Assembly: GCF_009914755.1 (NCBI RefSeq)
Contig: NC_060930.1
Length of the DNA: 64,000 nt
Reading direction: 5' to 3' (one strand)
Source: the human T2T-CHM13v2.0 reference genome, Homo sapiens
Under the pieces are notes generated by a model, which had not been told where the DNA came from, did not search any database, and saw nothing but the letters and a program-made list of their open reading frames with translations. This document shows, one piece after another, positions 46,850 to 62,409 of the stretch (within the stretch, counting starts at the first letter, position 1; each line of letters begins with the position of its first letter). Position numbers and translations under genes: made by a program.

Positions 46850-47478
46850 TCAGCAAGAAGTTTGGGCCTCTTCCTTGACTCCCCAGTATGCTCCCAGTCA
46901 CCCAGCTTGTCCTCTGTGAATACTTCTCAAACCTATCCCATGTCCAACTTTCCTGGATTGCTGCCACCACCTTGGGAACAGATTCTCCATGTCCAGGCTT
47001 GTCTCCCTCTGATCCATCCTCCACCCAGTTGCTAGAATAGTCTGACGACTCCACCCCCTGCTTGAAACCCGAACCCTCTGCATGCCTTATGAGAAATGTT
47101 GTCTCTGCCTCTCCCACCTCATCTTTTGGCCTTGTGCTCATGCCCAGTTCTGCCAAATTCCTTGGAGTTTCTGGCGTGTTCTATGTATTTTCTTCTCTGG
47201 TGCTTTGTAAAATCTGTTGCCTTGGCCCAGAACGCCCCCTCTGCCAACAGGCTGTATCCAGAGAGCTGGGTTAGACCCCCTCCTAGGTGTGTTCCCCCTC
47301 AGCTCCAGCCTATACTCTGTCATAGACGCATCCACAGTATCATTATTGCCTATCCATTTGTTGGTGTCTTCTGTTAGAATCTGGGATCCTCGAGGCTGGG
47401 AATCTGGACTTCACCAAGCATCTGGTCCTAGGCTTGGCCCATCAAAGAGATTGTGTGTTTGCCAGTTGAATGAAAATG
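46850..47478 (+). mobile_element. L2 fragment, followed by a MER5-like piece (~47520-47670)
   Basis: Degenerate L2 ending ...gttgaatgaaaatga; next element has gttcttagatctgagtgtacatttgaatcactgggaagcttt. Confidence 0.5.
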
Positions 47479-47909
47479 ACAAAAGATTCAAGAAAACTCC
47501 ACTGTTTTCTTCCCAGCTAGAGTTGTGGTTCTTAGATCTGAGTGTACATTTGAATCACTGGGAAGCTTTAAAAACAATGGAAGCCTAGGCCTCAGTCAAT
47601 TCTGACCAGTTAAATCAGCGTCTCCAGGACAAGAGCTGGGGTGTTTGTTTTCAAGCTCTCCAGCTTGCGCATCGCTGGGCCATTGGGTCACTCTTGTGCC
47701 ATTGGATGGCCAGATGCATTAGCCTGACCTCAGCTCTCCATGTTTATGCTATTACAGCAGGTGGCAGCTGTGGTATTAGCACACTCACTATTTCTCATAC
47801 AGAGTCTTCTCACTAGGGCAATGGCTCCAAATTATCCAACTTCTAGTGCCGCGCTCACTTGAACATTGGGAAATCTCAATGTAAACTTCATGGAGTGGCT
47901 TCCATTTAT

Positions 47910-48120
47910 AACGATCATAATAAAAGCACTGTGCTAAGTGCATGCTTTATCTCATTTAATCCTGACCTTAACCTTATGAGGCAGGTGGCATTCTCATTTT
48001 ACAGATAAGAAAATAAACTCAGGCTTAGCAGCTTACCTAAGTCCACACAGCTACAACACTGAGATTCAAACCCAAACCTATTTGGCTCCAAAGTCCCATA
48101 ACCATTAGACTTTCTTGCCA
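47910..48120 (-). mobile_element. MIR
   Basis: gcactgtgctaagtgc...ctcatttaatcct...ttttacagataagaaa...gattcaaaccca. Confidence 0.8.
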
Positions 48121-48505
48121 CTCTTAGGGAATTACTCTTAGTCCCACTCACAAGAGTGAACCCCAGAAGCCACATTTAAAGTGAGCCAGGTCCCTGAGCT
48201 GGCAGGGTAGGGGAGGAGGCCTTGTGGATGGAGGAGATCCCAGCCACCTGTGGGGCTCTTCCTCACTCCTGGGAACTGAGGGACTCCCTGCTCCCCATCT
48301 GCAGTGCAGCCAGGCCCTGTGATGCTGGCCCTCCTTATCCAGAGTCCTCTTGCCTTTTCCCCATAACATAAAGCTCCTGGACTTGGGCTTAGCAGCTGAG
48401 CAAGGAGTATCCAGCCATCAGTTTCCTGAGAAAGAGCAGCTCAGGACAAGGTGATTTTCAATTCCTGAAACACAGGAATTAAACAGGTTTTTACTTATTT
48501 ATCAC

Positions 48506-48906
48506 TGACATAGTTTGGATATTTGTCCTCTCCAAATCCCATTTTGAAATTTGATCTCCAGTGTTGGAGGTGAGAGGTGTTTGGGTCATGGGGGCAGACC
48601 CCTCATGAATGGCTTGGTGCCATTCTCCTGGGATTGAGTGAGTACTTACTCTTAGTTCCCTCTAGATCTGGTTGTTAAAAAGAGCCTGGCACCTCCTCCC
48701 CTCTCTGTCTTACGTCCTCTCTTGCCATGTAACAAGCCGGCTCTCCTTCTGCCGTGATTGGAAACTTCTGAGGTCCTCACCAAAAGAAGATGCTGGTGCC
48801 ATGCTTCCTATACAGTCTGCAGAAGCACGAGCCAAATAAACCTCTTTTCTGTATAAATTGCCTGCCCTCAAGTACTTCTTTATAGTAACACAAACAGCCT
48901 AAGACA
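48506..48906 (+). mobile_element. MST (MSTA/B) MaLR solo LTR
   Basis: tgacatagtttggatatttgtcc...ccaaataaacctctttt...ctaagaca; perfect TSD atcac at 48501-48505 and 48907-48911. Confidence 0.92.
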
Positions 48907-51900
48907 ATCACCTAAAGTCTCCATAAAAGATTGTGTGCTGTGCAAAATCAGCTTTTGGAAACCTAAGCTGTTTTTGACATGACTGCTGTTTAGCAAGAGA
49001 GTGGCAGGTCCACAGCTACTGGACACATCCCCATCCCTACTCAGCCACCCTATTTTTGCCTCTGAGTGAAAGGTTCTGGGGCTTCCCTCTGCTTCCTGGG
49101 AACCTTTCCTGGAATCTAGCCACTTTGAGAGTGAGCCTGTGTAGTCATGAGTCATATCTGTCCCTCTATGGCCCCTATCTACTTCCTTTGACTCTTGTCT
49201 TTGGGTGCTCAGAGTCAAGGAGTCAGCACGCTTCAGTGCTGCTGCATAGCCTAAGAGAGAAGTGCTGTGGGTGGCAGGGACCCTTGTCTGTTGTCTAAGA
49301 AAACAAAACTCCTATCGGGTAGTTGGAACTTTCTGAAAGCCATTTTCAAATTGGACACAAGCATACCACTATTTTCCCCTACTGGTTTCTCTTTGCTTGA
49401 ATTAATTTTAACCCAAATAGTCCTGGAGAATTATTCCTCAGAACTAGTCTCATTTCCTTGAGGGCTTGGGGTACAACCCACTGTGTGTTTGTAATTTGCC
49501 TGTGAAAATGGAGTGGCTTCTCAGTCTTCTATGAGTGAGAAAGAACAGTGCAGGCTTCATGGAGTTCCCACCCAACCCCACTCAGAAACAAATGCTGGAA
49601 ATGCTTCACTAATAGCCTTCTTGTGCGGCCATGAAGGCCAACCAGTTCTCTCTTGCTGACTGGAACATCTTGCCTGGGGATGGATTGTTCTTTTAAGACT
49701 GGATTGTTCTCTGCCTCCCGTGTCTCTGTGGGTGTTCCCATCACAACACATTAGCAGACATTTCAATAAGACTGATACTAGAACAGCTACAAACGAAGTC
49801 CTTGAGAAACCTGCTTTTCTGTTGTTTTATTGAGTCAATTGGATAAATAAGGGCAGATTAGTGTCTGGTGTGTGTTTTCTTCATGCTCAGTCTCCTTGGT
49901 GGGGTGTAAATGAAACTAGCGGGGTGGGCTTCTTTGGGCTCACCTTGTTCCAGTGGATTCTAGGAGGTAATTAGTTCCAGCAAGCACAGGGGGTAAAGAA
50001 GAGTGCATTCTAAACATAGGCGCTGTATAGACTTAATTGTAATTCAGTGTTCAAGTTGTTAGGAGACATTTCTACATGGTTCTCATGTTTCTGCATGTCT
50101 TGTGAGTGAGACTGCCTTTGTTCCAGACCCTTTTTTCAAGAACGTTTATATGTATAGCAAACAGTCTTGGAAGTTAGAGATAGTGTCTCCATGCAGAGCA
50201 AAGCTGTCTATTATAAAAGATATGGGTTCCCTAAGTGTCGAGCCCCTTTCCTGGGATGCGACCCACTGCATGCACGGGCGTCATCTGTCCTTCTTTGCAA
50301 CACCCTAGGAGAACTGGGGCTCGAGAAGTGCCACTACTCTAGCCACTGCTATTGCTGTAACTGTCCTTCCTCTCTGACTCAGGAATGTAGCATCTTCTAC
50401 CAGCATCTATGAAACTGACAGGCTAATTTGTTAGCTTACAGTAATGTAAAACCTTAGACCCTATACAAGTCTTGACAATGGTCAGTTGTCTTGGTCTCTT
50501 TCAATAGGACTTGAATCATTTTTGTCATTAATAGACATTTTCTTATATTTAGACTCTGATTGATTAATCATTTTCAAATGCATAGGGTCGGAAGTTTCCT
50601 TTAAAGAGATTTCATGCCTGGAAGTGGTTGTTCTGTGGAAGGAATTTAATTTCACAAAAGCCACCTTTTCTTTTCCTCGTTGTTGGTAACGTGAAGCGAA
50701 TGTTGCCTGGGGTGAAAAGACTCATGAAAGAGAGATGGAGAGATGGACTGTCCTGGGAGTTTACAGCAAAATTACCCAGTAGAGTGAGGCAGAGAAGACA
50801 AGCAAAGATTCTTGCCTCGAATCTTTCTGTTTAAAATATGTATCTACATAATATGAGTGGTGCATCATCACTGGCAATTTTGAAATTCCCCAGTTAATCT
50901 CTAGAAGCAGTTTTGTGAACTTACTTGCAGTATCACGGCCCACCCAGTGGTTACCAAAAATAGAAATTGAAGTCAGGGAATATCTGAGGCTACCAGATTG
51001 ATTCTATTCAGGTCGCTAAATGATTCACATAAAGTGTAACCCAACACACCCTCCGGGTCACAAGATGCTTGAGGGTGAGTGATTTACTATTTGGTTTTCT
51101 GTTATTAGTAGCACAAAATTACTCCTTTGGTGTTGATTAGATTTTTAAAAGGGAACATTTCTAACTCAGACCTCCTTTCTGATAGCTCATGGATAAGGGA
51201 CAAATAAGCTTATTTGTCTTTTCTTAAATATCCTTCTACAGCACTTAGGGTAGCACCTTGCTCTTTTTGGCTGTAATCTCAACATGGGGAATCAGTATGT
51301 GTAATCTATAGTGTTTCATCCTCACGGAATACCCCAGAGCCATAGAGAATCACCTCTTTCTGTAATTGGTAATGAGAGAATTAACCAAAACCTCTCAAAC
51401 TGATTTAAAAAAAATGCATAGTTTTTTTTTCTCCTAATCTTATTTTCTATCTGAAACATCTGTGCTTATTTGAGAGCTGGGAAACTCGCTACTTAAATCT
51501 TTAATCTAGGATGTCTTAAAATTATAGTTCATGTGGACTTAGTGAGGTCCTCATAATCTCTGAAACTGTGTAGGAGATGGAACTTAGAAAGGAGAGACAG
51601 ATTGAGGTGAGCCACACATAGAGCAACAGAGAGAGATGGTGATCCCAAGACAGGATGCTGGAATGAAGAGAGCCAGAGAGTAGCAGACAGGCATGAGCAT
51701 GTGTGGGAGGGTCCATGCCACATTGGGGTCTCAAAGTGTCCATACCTCGAACAGGTGAAGAGCCAGGACCCAGAGCCTTGGAGCCCAGGCCCACAGGAGA
51801 CTGCAGCCACCCAGGGAGCCAGGGCTCGGGTGTCCCAGGAATAGCCAGGGTCAAGCTCTGCCTCCCATCCTCAGGCTCAGCCTTCACCTTGATCGGATTT

Positions 51901-53062
51901 CCTGGTCTCCTTCATTCCCACATCATCCACTCTGCTGAATTCCTTCCATAGATGATCACTTCTCCCCAGGACACCGCCCCAGCAGCAAGTAACAGCCTGC
52001 CTGGCAGCGAGCCTTGCACGGGCCCATCCCCACCCGCTCACAGGCACACACTGGCTTGTTCAGGAGGTGGGTTCCAGCTCTCTTCTTCCTCCCTGCACTC
52101 CATGTTGGGTTGCTTCGCCTGTGGGTTCTCATGCTTACAAGCCCTTGGTGTAACTTTGCCTCCAACCCGTTCAGCATCACGTCAACTTCAATTGCCAATG
52201 CCCTAACCCACTCCCTTATGCTTCCATCATCTTGTTTAGGCTATCAGACAAACAAATTAAGACAGACATGTGAATACTGCCATGCAATACAGAGCAATGG
52301 ATGGGAGGAAAGTCCATATTTTGTCGTCTTATCTCCAGGAAGAAATGAAGGCGGGAAGAGTAAGAATGATGCCCTGTTCCTTAACAAAACACTTTGTGCA
52401 TTCTTTATTGTGTCATAGCTGTGCAAGGAAACAAAGCTATTGCATTTTATTTGGGCTGGAAATGTAAAATCTTTAAAATATAACTTTTAGAAGGAAGGCA
52501 GTTGCTCTTTTTCCTCGTGTCTTATCATGAGAGTCATTTGATCCAAGATACTGCTCCTTAACTTACGCTTTTTATTTGGAAGAAACACTAACGATACTTC
52601 TTAGGGATATTGTACAGAGAAAGTAGGTTGCACATTTAACCTTAGGAACAGAAACTGCTGTTGCTTAAGTACCGCTCACCCTTTCACCACCTGAGATGAA
52701 GAATGACTCAACCATATGATGAAACAGAGAAAGCCATGTTTCTAATGAGGCCAGAGCCTGAAGGCAGAAACCCTTCAAGAGCTGAATTTCCCATTTTGTT
52801 GCCAACAACAAATAAACTCAGTGTTCCTTCAATGACGATTAATCCGGCAAAAACCATGCAGAAATGAAGGAGCTTTAAAATGATCATCATTCATCAACCC
52901 AACCATCTCCCTTGGATACCCACTTCATTACTAAGAGAGTAATTATTTTTGTGTTGTCAGTTTTAGGGAAAAGCCCTTGAGGATTATTCATTGGTAATTG
53001 GAAAAATAAATGTTAATGTCTTCTGTGGATTAGGAAAGAATGTTTTATGACTAACTGTTTAG

Positions 53063-53608
<546 letters not shown>

Positions 53609-54047
53609 TAGAAGTGATGAAGTCAGCAGGCCCCCACAGGATGAGGTTTTAGTAGCCACAGGGCTTGAGGTGCAGCCTCTGGGAACCCAATCTCTTGATC
53701 TACAAGGGTGGCTCTGGGGAATGTGAAAAAATTGGACAAAAATACTATCTAGCCCCAGCAGGAAGGATTAGGGTGGCCCTTGACAGTGTGGAGTGGTAAA
53801 TACACCCATAAAAATATGTTGAAGAATGAGGGGCCGGGGTGGAATTGGCTTCCCTCTGTAATATATTGACAAAAGGGCCGGGTTTAGTTTTTCTCTGCAG
53901 AATGGTCCAAAGCAGTTGTGGCAAGAACAGGCCCAGGAAGAGCTGGAGTCTCCCTCTTACTATTAATTTTGGATGACCCCATGCAGCACCCATTCAGCCT
54001 GTCCAGCTCACATGACTACACACAGGTTTAATCAAGAATCTCTTCCC

Positions 54048-54390
54048 AGCCGGGGGCAGTGGTTTACGCCTATAGTCCCACACTTTGGGAGGCCGAGGTG
54101 GGCAGATTGCTTGAGCTCAGGAATTTGAGACCAGCCTGGGCAACATGGCAAGACCTCTTCTCTACAAAAAAAATATGAAATATTAAGCAGCATGGTGGTG
54201 TGTGTCTATAATCCCAGCTACCTGGGAGGCTGTGCTAGGAGGATCACTCAGCCCGGCGGTTGAGGCTGCAGTGAGCTGTGATCGCGCCACTGCACTCCAG
54301 CCTGCGTGAGAGAGTGAGAGCCTGTCAAAAAAAAAAAAAAAAAAAAAAAAAAGAAGAAGAAGAAAAGAAAGAGAAAGGAAAAGAAAAGAA
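54048..54390 (+). mobile_element. AluJ with long A / GAA-rich tail
   Basis: Full dimer followed by a long A run and a (GAA/GAAA) tract. Confidence 0.92.
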
Positions 54391-54419
54391 TCTGCAAGCT
54401 CAAACCGCAAGTAATGGGG

Positions 54420-54650
54420 CCATCAGCTACCTTTTATTGAGCGCTTACCGTGCCACGTACCGTGCACTTGAGTTTATTGTCCACAGAATCTTCATAGTTA
54501 CACTTGCCTCAGGAGGGGATTGTCTTTCCCATTATATAGATAAGGAAACTGAGGCTTGGAGAGAGTAAGTACTGTAAGGTCATACATTCAGTAGATGATA
54601 AAGCTTCTATTTCAAGGCCAGTGATCTGATTACAAAGCCAATTCTGCTAA
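54420..54650 (-). mobile_element. MIR
   Basis: ttattgagcgcttacc...cccattatatagataaggaaactgaggcttggagag. Confidence 0.75.
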
Positions 54651-54762
54651 ACTGTGTATAGCTAGTGCTTATACATGGAACTTAGACTCCAAGTTAGACT
54701 GTTACCTGGGATAGGGAGGCATGGGTGATCATGTCTTTTGCCTCTTATTTTATCTTGTATAT

Positions 54763-55118
54763 TGTATTAGTCTGTTTTCATGCTGCTGAGAAAGACATAC
54801 CTGAGACCAGGTAATTTATACAGAAAAAGGGTTTAATGGACTTACAGTTCCACATGGCTGGAGAAGCCTCACAATCGTGGCAGAAGGGAAGGAAGAGCAA
54901 GTCACATCTTATGTGGATGTCAGCAGGCAAAGAGAGAGCTTGTGCAGGGAAACTCCCCCTTATAGAACCATCAGAGCACATGGGACTTATTCACTATCAC
55001 GATAACAGCACAGTAAAGACCTGCTTCTATGATTCAGTTACCTCCCACCAGGTCCCTCCCACAACACGTGGGAATTCAAGATGAGATTTAGGTGGGGACA
55101 CAGCCAAACCATATATCA
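54763..55118 (-). mobile_element. THE1 (THE1A-like) MaLR solo LTR
   Basis: 356 bp, tgtattagtctgttttcatgctgct...cagccaaaccatatatca; TSD tatat at 54758-54762 and 55119-55123. Confidence 0.92.
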
Positions 55119-55654
55119 TATATGTATTAAGGTAAGCCCTAAATTAGGTGCTAGATTAAGCAGTCTGTGGTTCAGGTACACTGATCTGAATATTTCCTCC
55201 ACAGAACACATTAATCAAACCATGCAAATATATTGCAGGGAAGGGTCTTGCCCAGAACACATTGCAAGGGGGTTAGGGGCAGGGGAGTAGGGTATGGTCT
55301 TCATTGTGATTTTCTGTGGGGCTCTAGTGGACTACGGGAGACTGACAGAGTGAAAAGAATACTTGGGCCTATTATAGCCCAGCCTGGTGTCTGAGCAAGT
55401 GATTTAATCTGTCTGGCCTTCTTGGGATTCTCTTTATCTATAAACTTAAGAACACTTACCCTGACAATTCCACAGAGTAGAAGGGCTCAAATGAGCAATT
55501 AATGTGAAAAGGTTTGGCACAGTGTGAACACATACAGGGGAAAGGTCATGTTCATTAGTCTGGAAACTTAAGTAGCTACAAAGATGTGGTGCCAATCAAT
55601 GAATCCGTCGATCAGTCAGTCAGTCAAGAGCAGTGATCTTGAAATCTGAATCTA

Positions 55655-55947
<293 letters not shown>

Positions 55948-57385
55948 AAATCTGAATCTAGCTCCAGCTCTGCTTTTACTTTCTATGTGGTTCCCAGTGC
56001 TGACTTAGGTATCTGCCCCTTGTTTTCTTCGTCTGTAAAATGTAAACAACAGCAAGATTAGAGTTCATGTGTATATAAGTGCATAGATACATAAAGCACC
56101 TTACTACTCTTACCTAATTAGGAAGATCCTGCATGCAGTTACTTAGAATACTTTTCTTGCTCATATCCAGTTTGAAAAGTAATGACCACTAAGGACCTTC
56201 TTCCTTTTTCTCCTGTTCGTCCTTCTGGGGCTGTTTCTATCATTCATCTGATCTGATAAACCATGAGTGTGAAACCAGCAGAAGTTCAGTGAAGCTGACG
56301 GCACACCTTAAGTCTGTGACGCCATGATTAGATGTCTCTAGAAGCAGGAATAGAGCATCTGTCCCCTAGGACAAGTGTCTGTACCCCAGAATTCTCAAGC
56401 TCTCACATTCCATAGTCAAGAGTTTGAAGGATCTGGAAAAATAAAAAATTTTAAAGTATCTTTGTCGTCTCTGTGTTACACTTTCTACTTTTTGATATTG
56501 AAATGTGTTTTTATTGTTTCTCCCTCTTGGGGTCATATTTGGCCAGGGAGTGGGAGTGGTAGTTGAGCAAGAATCCTAAATCCAATAGCCATCCCAGAGG
56601 GCCAAATTATAGGTGGGAAAATGGCCCACCATATCTAAGATTCAGAGGACAAGAAACCCACCTACGGAGGCACACGTTTTTTTTTTTCAAGCATTTCTCA
56701 GAGACACTGTTTGTTAAATCAAGGACAAGGTTATGGAAGATCATCTTTAATTAAACCTGTAGTCAGTCCCTTTGGGGCTGTGTGCTGTGTTCACCTCTTA
56801 AATTCTGTATTCCAATTAGCAGAATTCTTGCTCCTGGCCCTGAGGCTTTATTTGCAGGTCTCACCATTCTTTGTTAGCTATAATCTGCTCATTTTGTCTG
56901 GAAGCACCTGCTCTACTGTTTCTTCCCATGCTGTCTCAGGGTGCATATTTTTTTCCTTTCTTGATGTGTCTTTGTTGTTGAGATTGCTACTAGGTGCAGA
57001 GTCTGCTTTCTCTCTTAAATCACCACCGCCTGCTTCTCACCACCCCTGGATATTCTACCTTTCCCCTGAATCTGCCTCCACCTGTCCATGGTATTTAATA
57101 AAGATGCTGACTGGCATTTCCCGGTCCTCCAGAACCTTATGGAAGTGATGTTCCCTCCTATAATATAAGAGGAGGTCTTGCAGAAGAGATAGAGGATGCT
57201 TCCCCCCTGTTGACCCTTCCTCCAAATCAATTAGCAAAAGTCAGTTGATTTTAAAAAACTTCATCACTTTATGCATAATCATTTAAAAAGACACCAGAAA
57301 ATGTGGAGCTTCTTTCCAGCAATCCACATATTATCCCTAAAAGACTCCAGCTTCCTGCAATTAAGAGCTAAAAATTACTGAGTAA

Positions 57386-57667
57386 TTTTTTTTTTAGAGA
57401 TAGGGTCTTGGTCTTTTGCCCAGAGTGCAGTGGTATGATCATGGCTCGCTGTAGCCTCAAACTCCTGAGCTCAAGCAATTCTCCCCACTCAGCCTCCTGA
57501 GTAGCTGGGACTACAGGCACGTGTTACCACACCTGGCTAATTTAAAAAATGTTTCTTTAGAGATTAGGTCTGGCTATGTTGCCCAGGCTGGTCTCGAACT
57601 CCTAGGCTCCAGCAGTCCTCCCACCTCAGCTTCTCAAAGTGCTGGGACTACAGCCATTGTGCCTGCA
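57386..57667 (-). mobile_element. AluJ followed by an L1ME 3' remnant (~57680-58030)
   Basis: Reverse Alu with small deletions; downstream gaggtaactattaacctgaag is an L1M 3' UTR-like motif. Confidence 0.85.
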
Positions 57668-58154
57668 AGCAATAATTTTTTAAAAATTATTATAATAAAA
57701 TATTTTTGATGTACAGAAAAATCTAGGAAATAATATTGAAAGATGTCTCTATTTCTCTCTACTTGACATTTCACTTAAGAAATGAAACATTATAGATGAG
57801 ACAGAAACCTCTTGGTACCTGTCCCTGACCCTTTCCTCTCTCTCCATAGAGGTAACTATTAACCTGAAGTTGATATGAATCCTTACCATGCATTTTTTTT
57901 TTTTTTTTTTTACTCCTTCTGAAGGGTCCACACCTATGCATTTGAAACTTCATAAAATAGTATCATACTTTATGTGCCTGAGCACCTTGCTTTTTACATG
58001 TGAGTCTTCTGTATTGAACATTGTGACCACCTTCTCTGTTCTAAGGGAGAGGCCTAATCTCTCCCGGATGGATGCGTTGGCGTCTCCTGACACAATGCTA
58101 GGATGGGCCTCCAGGATGCCTCGTGTCCACAGCAGTGAGAATTTGCCTTCTGGC

Positions 58155-58605
58155 AGTGCTTCCCAAAGTCACCTGATCCTAGGACCCCTGCGGTGGGGGT
58201 GGGTAGGGGCATTGTTAAAAACGCAGATCCCTGAGCCTACTCCGTGGTAGATCCACCACCCATGAGCCATTCAGTGCCCACAGGTGAGTCTTAAGATGAC
58301 CTTGCATGTTTGGGAAACTCCACAGCAAATACTTTCTGTAAAAGGCCAGATGGTAAATATTTTAAGCTTTCGGTCTCATCCGAGCTCTGTCACCCCTTCC
58401 CCACCCTCCTTCTTCATAACCCTGTAAAATATTAAAAAGTCATTCTTAACTCTAGCGCTATACAAAGACAGGCTGCTGGCTGGATCGGCCCGGCACGGTG
58501 TGCTCACCCTGCTCTGGGAATTGCTGAGGTGAGACGCTCCATGTCTCTACATTGACTAGATATTGTCAAATGCTCCCAGGTGATTTTACAGCTGCAAAGT
58601 CTGTG
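58155..58605. mobile_element. hAT-Charlie cluster (MER5-like pieces and MER58-like ~58322-58512)
   Basis: cagcaaatactttctgtaaaaggccagatggtaaatattttaagcttt (MER58-type); tgttaaaaacgcagatccctgagcc and ctcccaggtgatt (MER5-type). Confidence 0.65.
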
Positions 58606-58794
58606 ACCTCCCTCTTCTTCCTGGTCGTCTGTGACCACTTTTCCCACCATTCTCACTCTGCCTTTTTTTGACATGCAGTTTGCCCATTGCACCGTTTCTT
58701 TATATTACAAGCACTTCTTGCCTGAACTCAGATTTTTATTGATTATGTTTGAGGAGCAGCATGCCAGTCTCTCTCTGTATAAAATCCTTCTACA

Positions 58795-59101
<307 letters not shown>

Positions 59102-59942
59102 TCATCACTGCTTCCAGAAACCTGTATGGCCTTGTCAGGCTGTCCAGTGTGGGAACTGTGCTCCCCACAAGAGTTTCAGCTCCAGAACAGATGCCATTAT
59201 CAGGACAGATGTGACAGACAGCTCTCACTGAACACATAGCCACGGCATGCTGGAATTCCTTGGCATTCTTTTGGGAGATGCTAATTAAGGCTTCTGGTTT
59301 TTATGATTATCTAGGGTAGAAAATGTATGGGCAATGGAGGCAGTCCTGAAAAATTAAGAAAATGTTGACAAAGCCATGAATAAAGCATCAATATTTGTAA
59401 AGAAAAACATATAGTCAGGAACTTTCAAAAAATGAAAGAATCCAGGTCATTGGCAGTGGGGCCTCCAACAAGCTCATGCCAGTCACACTTAACAATGTTT
59501 AAGTTAGAATAACAGGAGGGGAATGGGTTGGCTCTGTTTGGATTAGAGAAGAAAGCACCTTGTTCTCAAAATCAAGTTGTTGGCTTGAATAAAACCTGGA
59601 ATCCTGGAAGACCAGGGAAATGTGACATGGCCCCGTGGCCCTACAGGTGTGATGTCATTGGTTTCATTAAGGCAAAGGGGTAGACTGGAGGCTGCTACCA
59701 CAAAGCCTTCTGACAACAATGGCCGCTGAGCTCCCTGTACTGCATGAGGTGGGAGCAAACAGGAAAGTCACCACCAGGCAGCCAGAGGAACTTGGCAAAA
59801 TAGGCAGTTTTGGCCTCTGGGTCATGTAGACAAGGAGATAGCTAGAGCAAGTCCCAGACACAGCAAGGAGGGCTGCTTGCTGCCTGACAGCTTTGCGCAA
59901 CTGGCTACACCCACCCCTTCTATCCTGTACCCCTGCATGTAT

Positions 59943-60390
59943 GCACAAGGTGAAGCATGCACAGGATGCCATGTGCACAGGATGGGGCATGAACAGCATG
60001 CCGCATGCACAGGATGCCACATACACAGGATGCCGCATGCACAGGATGCCGCACGCACAGGATGCCGCACGCACAGGATACCGCACACACAGGATGCCGC
60101 ACGCACAGGATGCCGCACGCACAGGATGCCGCACGCACAGGATGCCGCATGCACAGGGTGCCGCACGAACAGGATGCCACACGCACAAGATGCTGCATGC
60201 ACAGGATGCTGCATGTACAGGATGCTGCATGCACAGGATGCCACATGCAAAGGATACCACATACACAGGATGCCACATGCACAGGATGCTTTGTGCACAG
60301 GATTCTGTGTGAACAGGATTCTGCATGTACAGGATGCTTTGTGCACTGGATTCTGTGTGAACAGGATGCCGTATGCATAGGATGCCACAC
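59943..60390. repeat. Minisatellite, 28 x 16 bp, consensus GCACAGGATGCCGCAY
   Basis: The AGGAT-type core recurs exactly every 16 nt from 59947/59963 to 60379 with no indels; ORF translations show a matching 16-aa period. Confidence 0.96.
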
Positions 60391-61328
60391 TCACAGGCTC
60401 ACACTCTGCTGGCTCCACTGGCATTCTGTGCTCTGGATCTGCCTCTGACTTTCCCCACATCTGTTCCTCTACAAGGAGACACCATTTGGGTACCACTTCT
60501 CCCAAATGACACTGTGCCTACCTCAGCAAACAGCATGCACATCTTTGAAGGCCTGTTTCAGGCTATGTGGTAGGTGCAGGTGGTTCCTTCCTTGCCTCTC
60601 AAATCACTCAGTGGCCTGCTCAGCTGCTGGAAAGGAACAGCCCCGGACACACATTCTGTGCAGCCACAGTTCTGGACACAGTTCCACCACAGGACTGAGG
60701 AGTAGCCATGCTGACTCGGGTCACTCACCTCCTAAAGACATTGCAGGACAAATGGAAAATACCTCCTTTCCTTCTGTCTCCATGCCAGCAGTGAGCTAAC
60801 AGGAACGGGTCCCTGTATCTGTCTTCCTTTGTCCTCCATGTGCCAGGGGCAAGGACAGCCCAGGCAGTGGCAGTATAGTGACTACCTCCTGAGCTGGCCC
60901 ACGGTGTCCACAAGCTGGGCATGGTCTGCATTCAATCCACCTGAAGATGAGCACCTCATTTTATTGTTCCACTTTGAGGCCAATTTTGTAAACTCTGAAA
61001 GAAAAAGAAATCCTTGGCTAACATCTGTAAAAAACATACCCTTGGCATTTAATAACTGACATTAGTGTGGCATTTCATTGTTTTAATTTTTTAAAAGTCA
61101 TTTGATATTCTCATCAACTCTGTGAAGCAGGTGAAGCGAATACTGTTATTTTTTAAAAAAATTATTGTCCCCTTATAGATGAAGAATTTAAAGCTCAAAG
61201 ACAATTTTAGGCCTTCCTGAAATTTTTGAAGGGCCCAGATCTGGTATGTGATAAATCTGAGACTCAGGGCCAAATCTTAAAAATTACTTAATCCTATGAT
61301 TTTTTTTTTTTTTAACTAGACCATTGGT

Positions 61329-62240
<912 letters not shown>

Positions 62241-62409
62241 TCATCACATTCAGCCTTGGATCCCAGCACCCAGCACAGTGCCTGCTATGGTAGGTCATCA
62301 GTAACCATGTGTCCAAGGAATATGTCTAAGCCCACCTTATTATCTCACAGATGCTTATCATGGAATTAACCATAACTTATAAAATAGTGGCTGCCAGGCC
62401 TTTCCAGCC

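Noticed and set aside
59943-60390. CRISPR-like regular array
   Set aside because: Units are head-to-tail with no unique spacers, there are no cas genes, and the DNA is primate.
59667-60505. Long Cys/His-rich ORFs in all six frames (up to 227 aa), resembling metallothionein or zinc-finger proteins
   Set aside because: They arise because the 16-bp repeat has no stop codons in any frame; there is no splice, promoter or strand evidence for coding.
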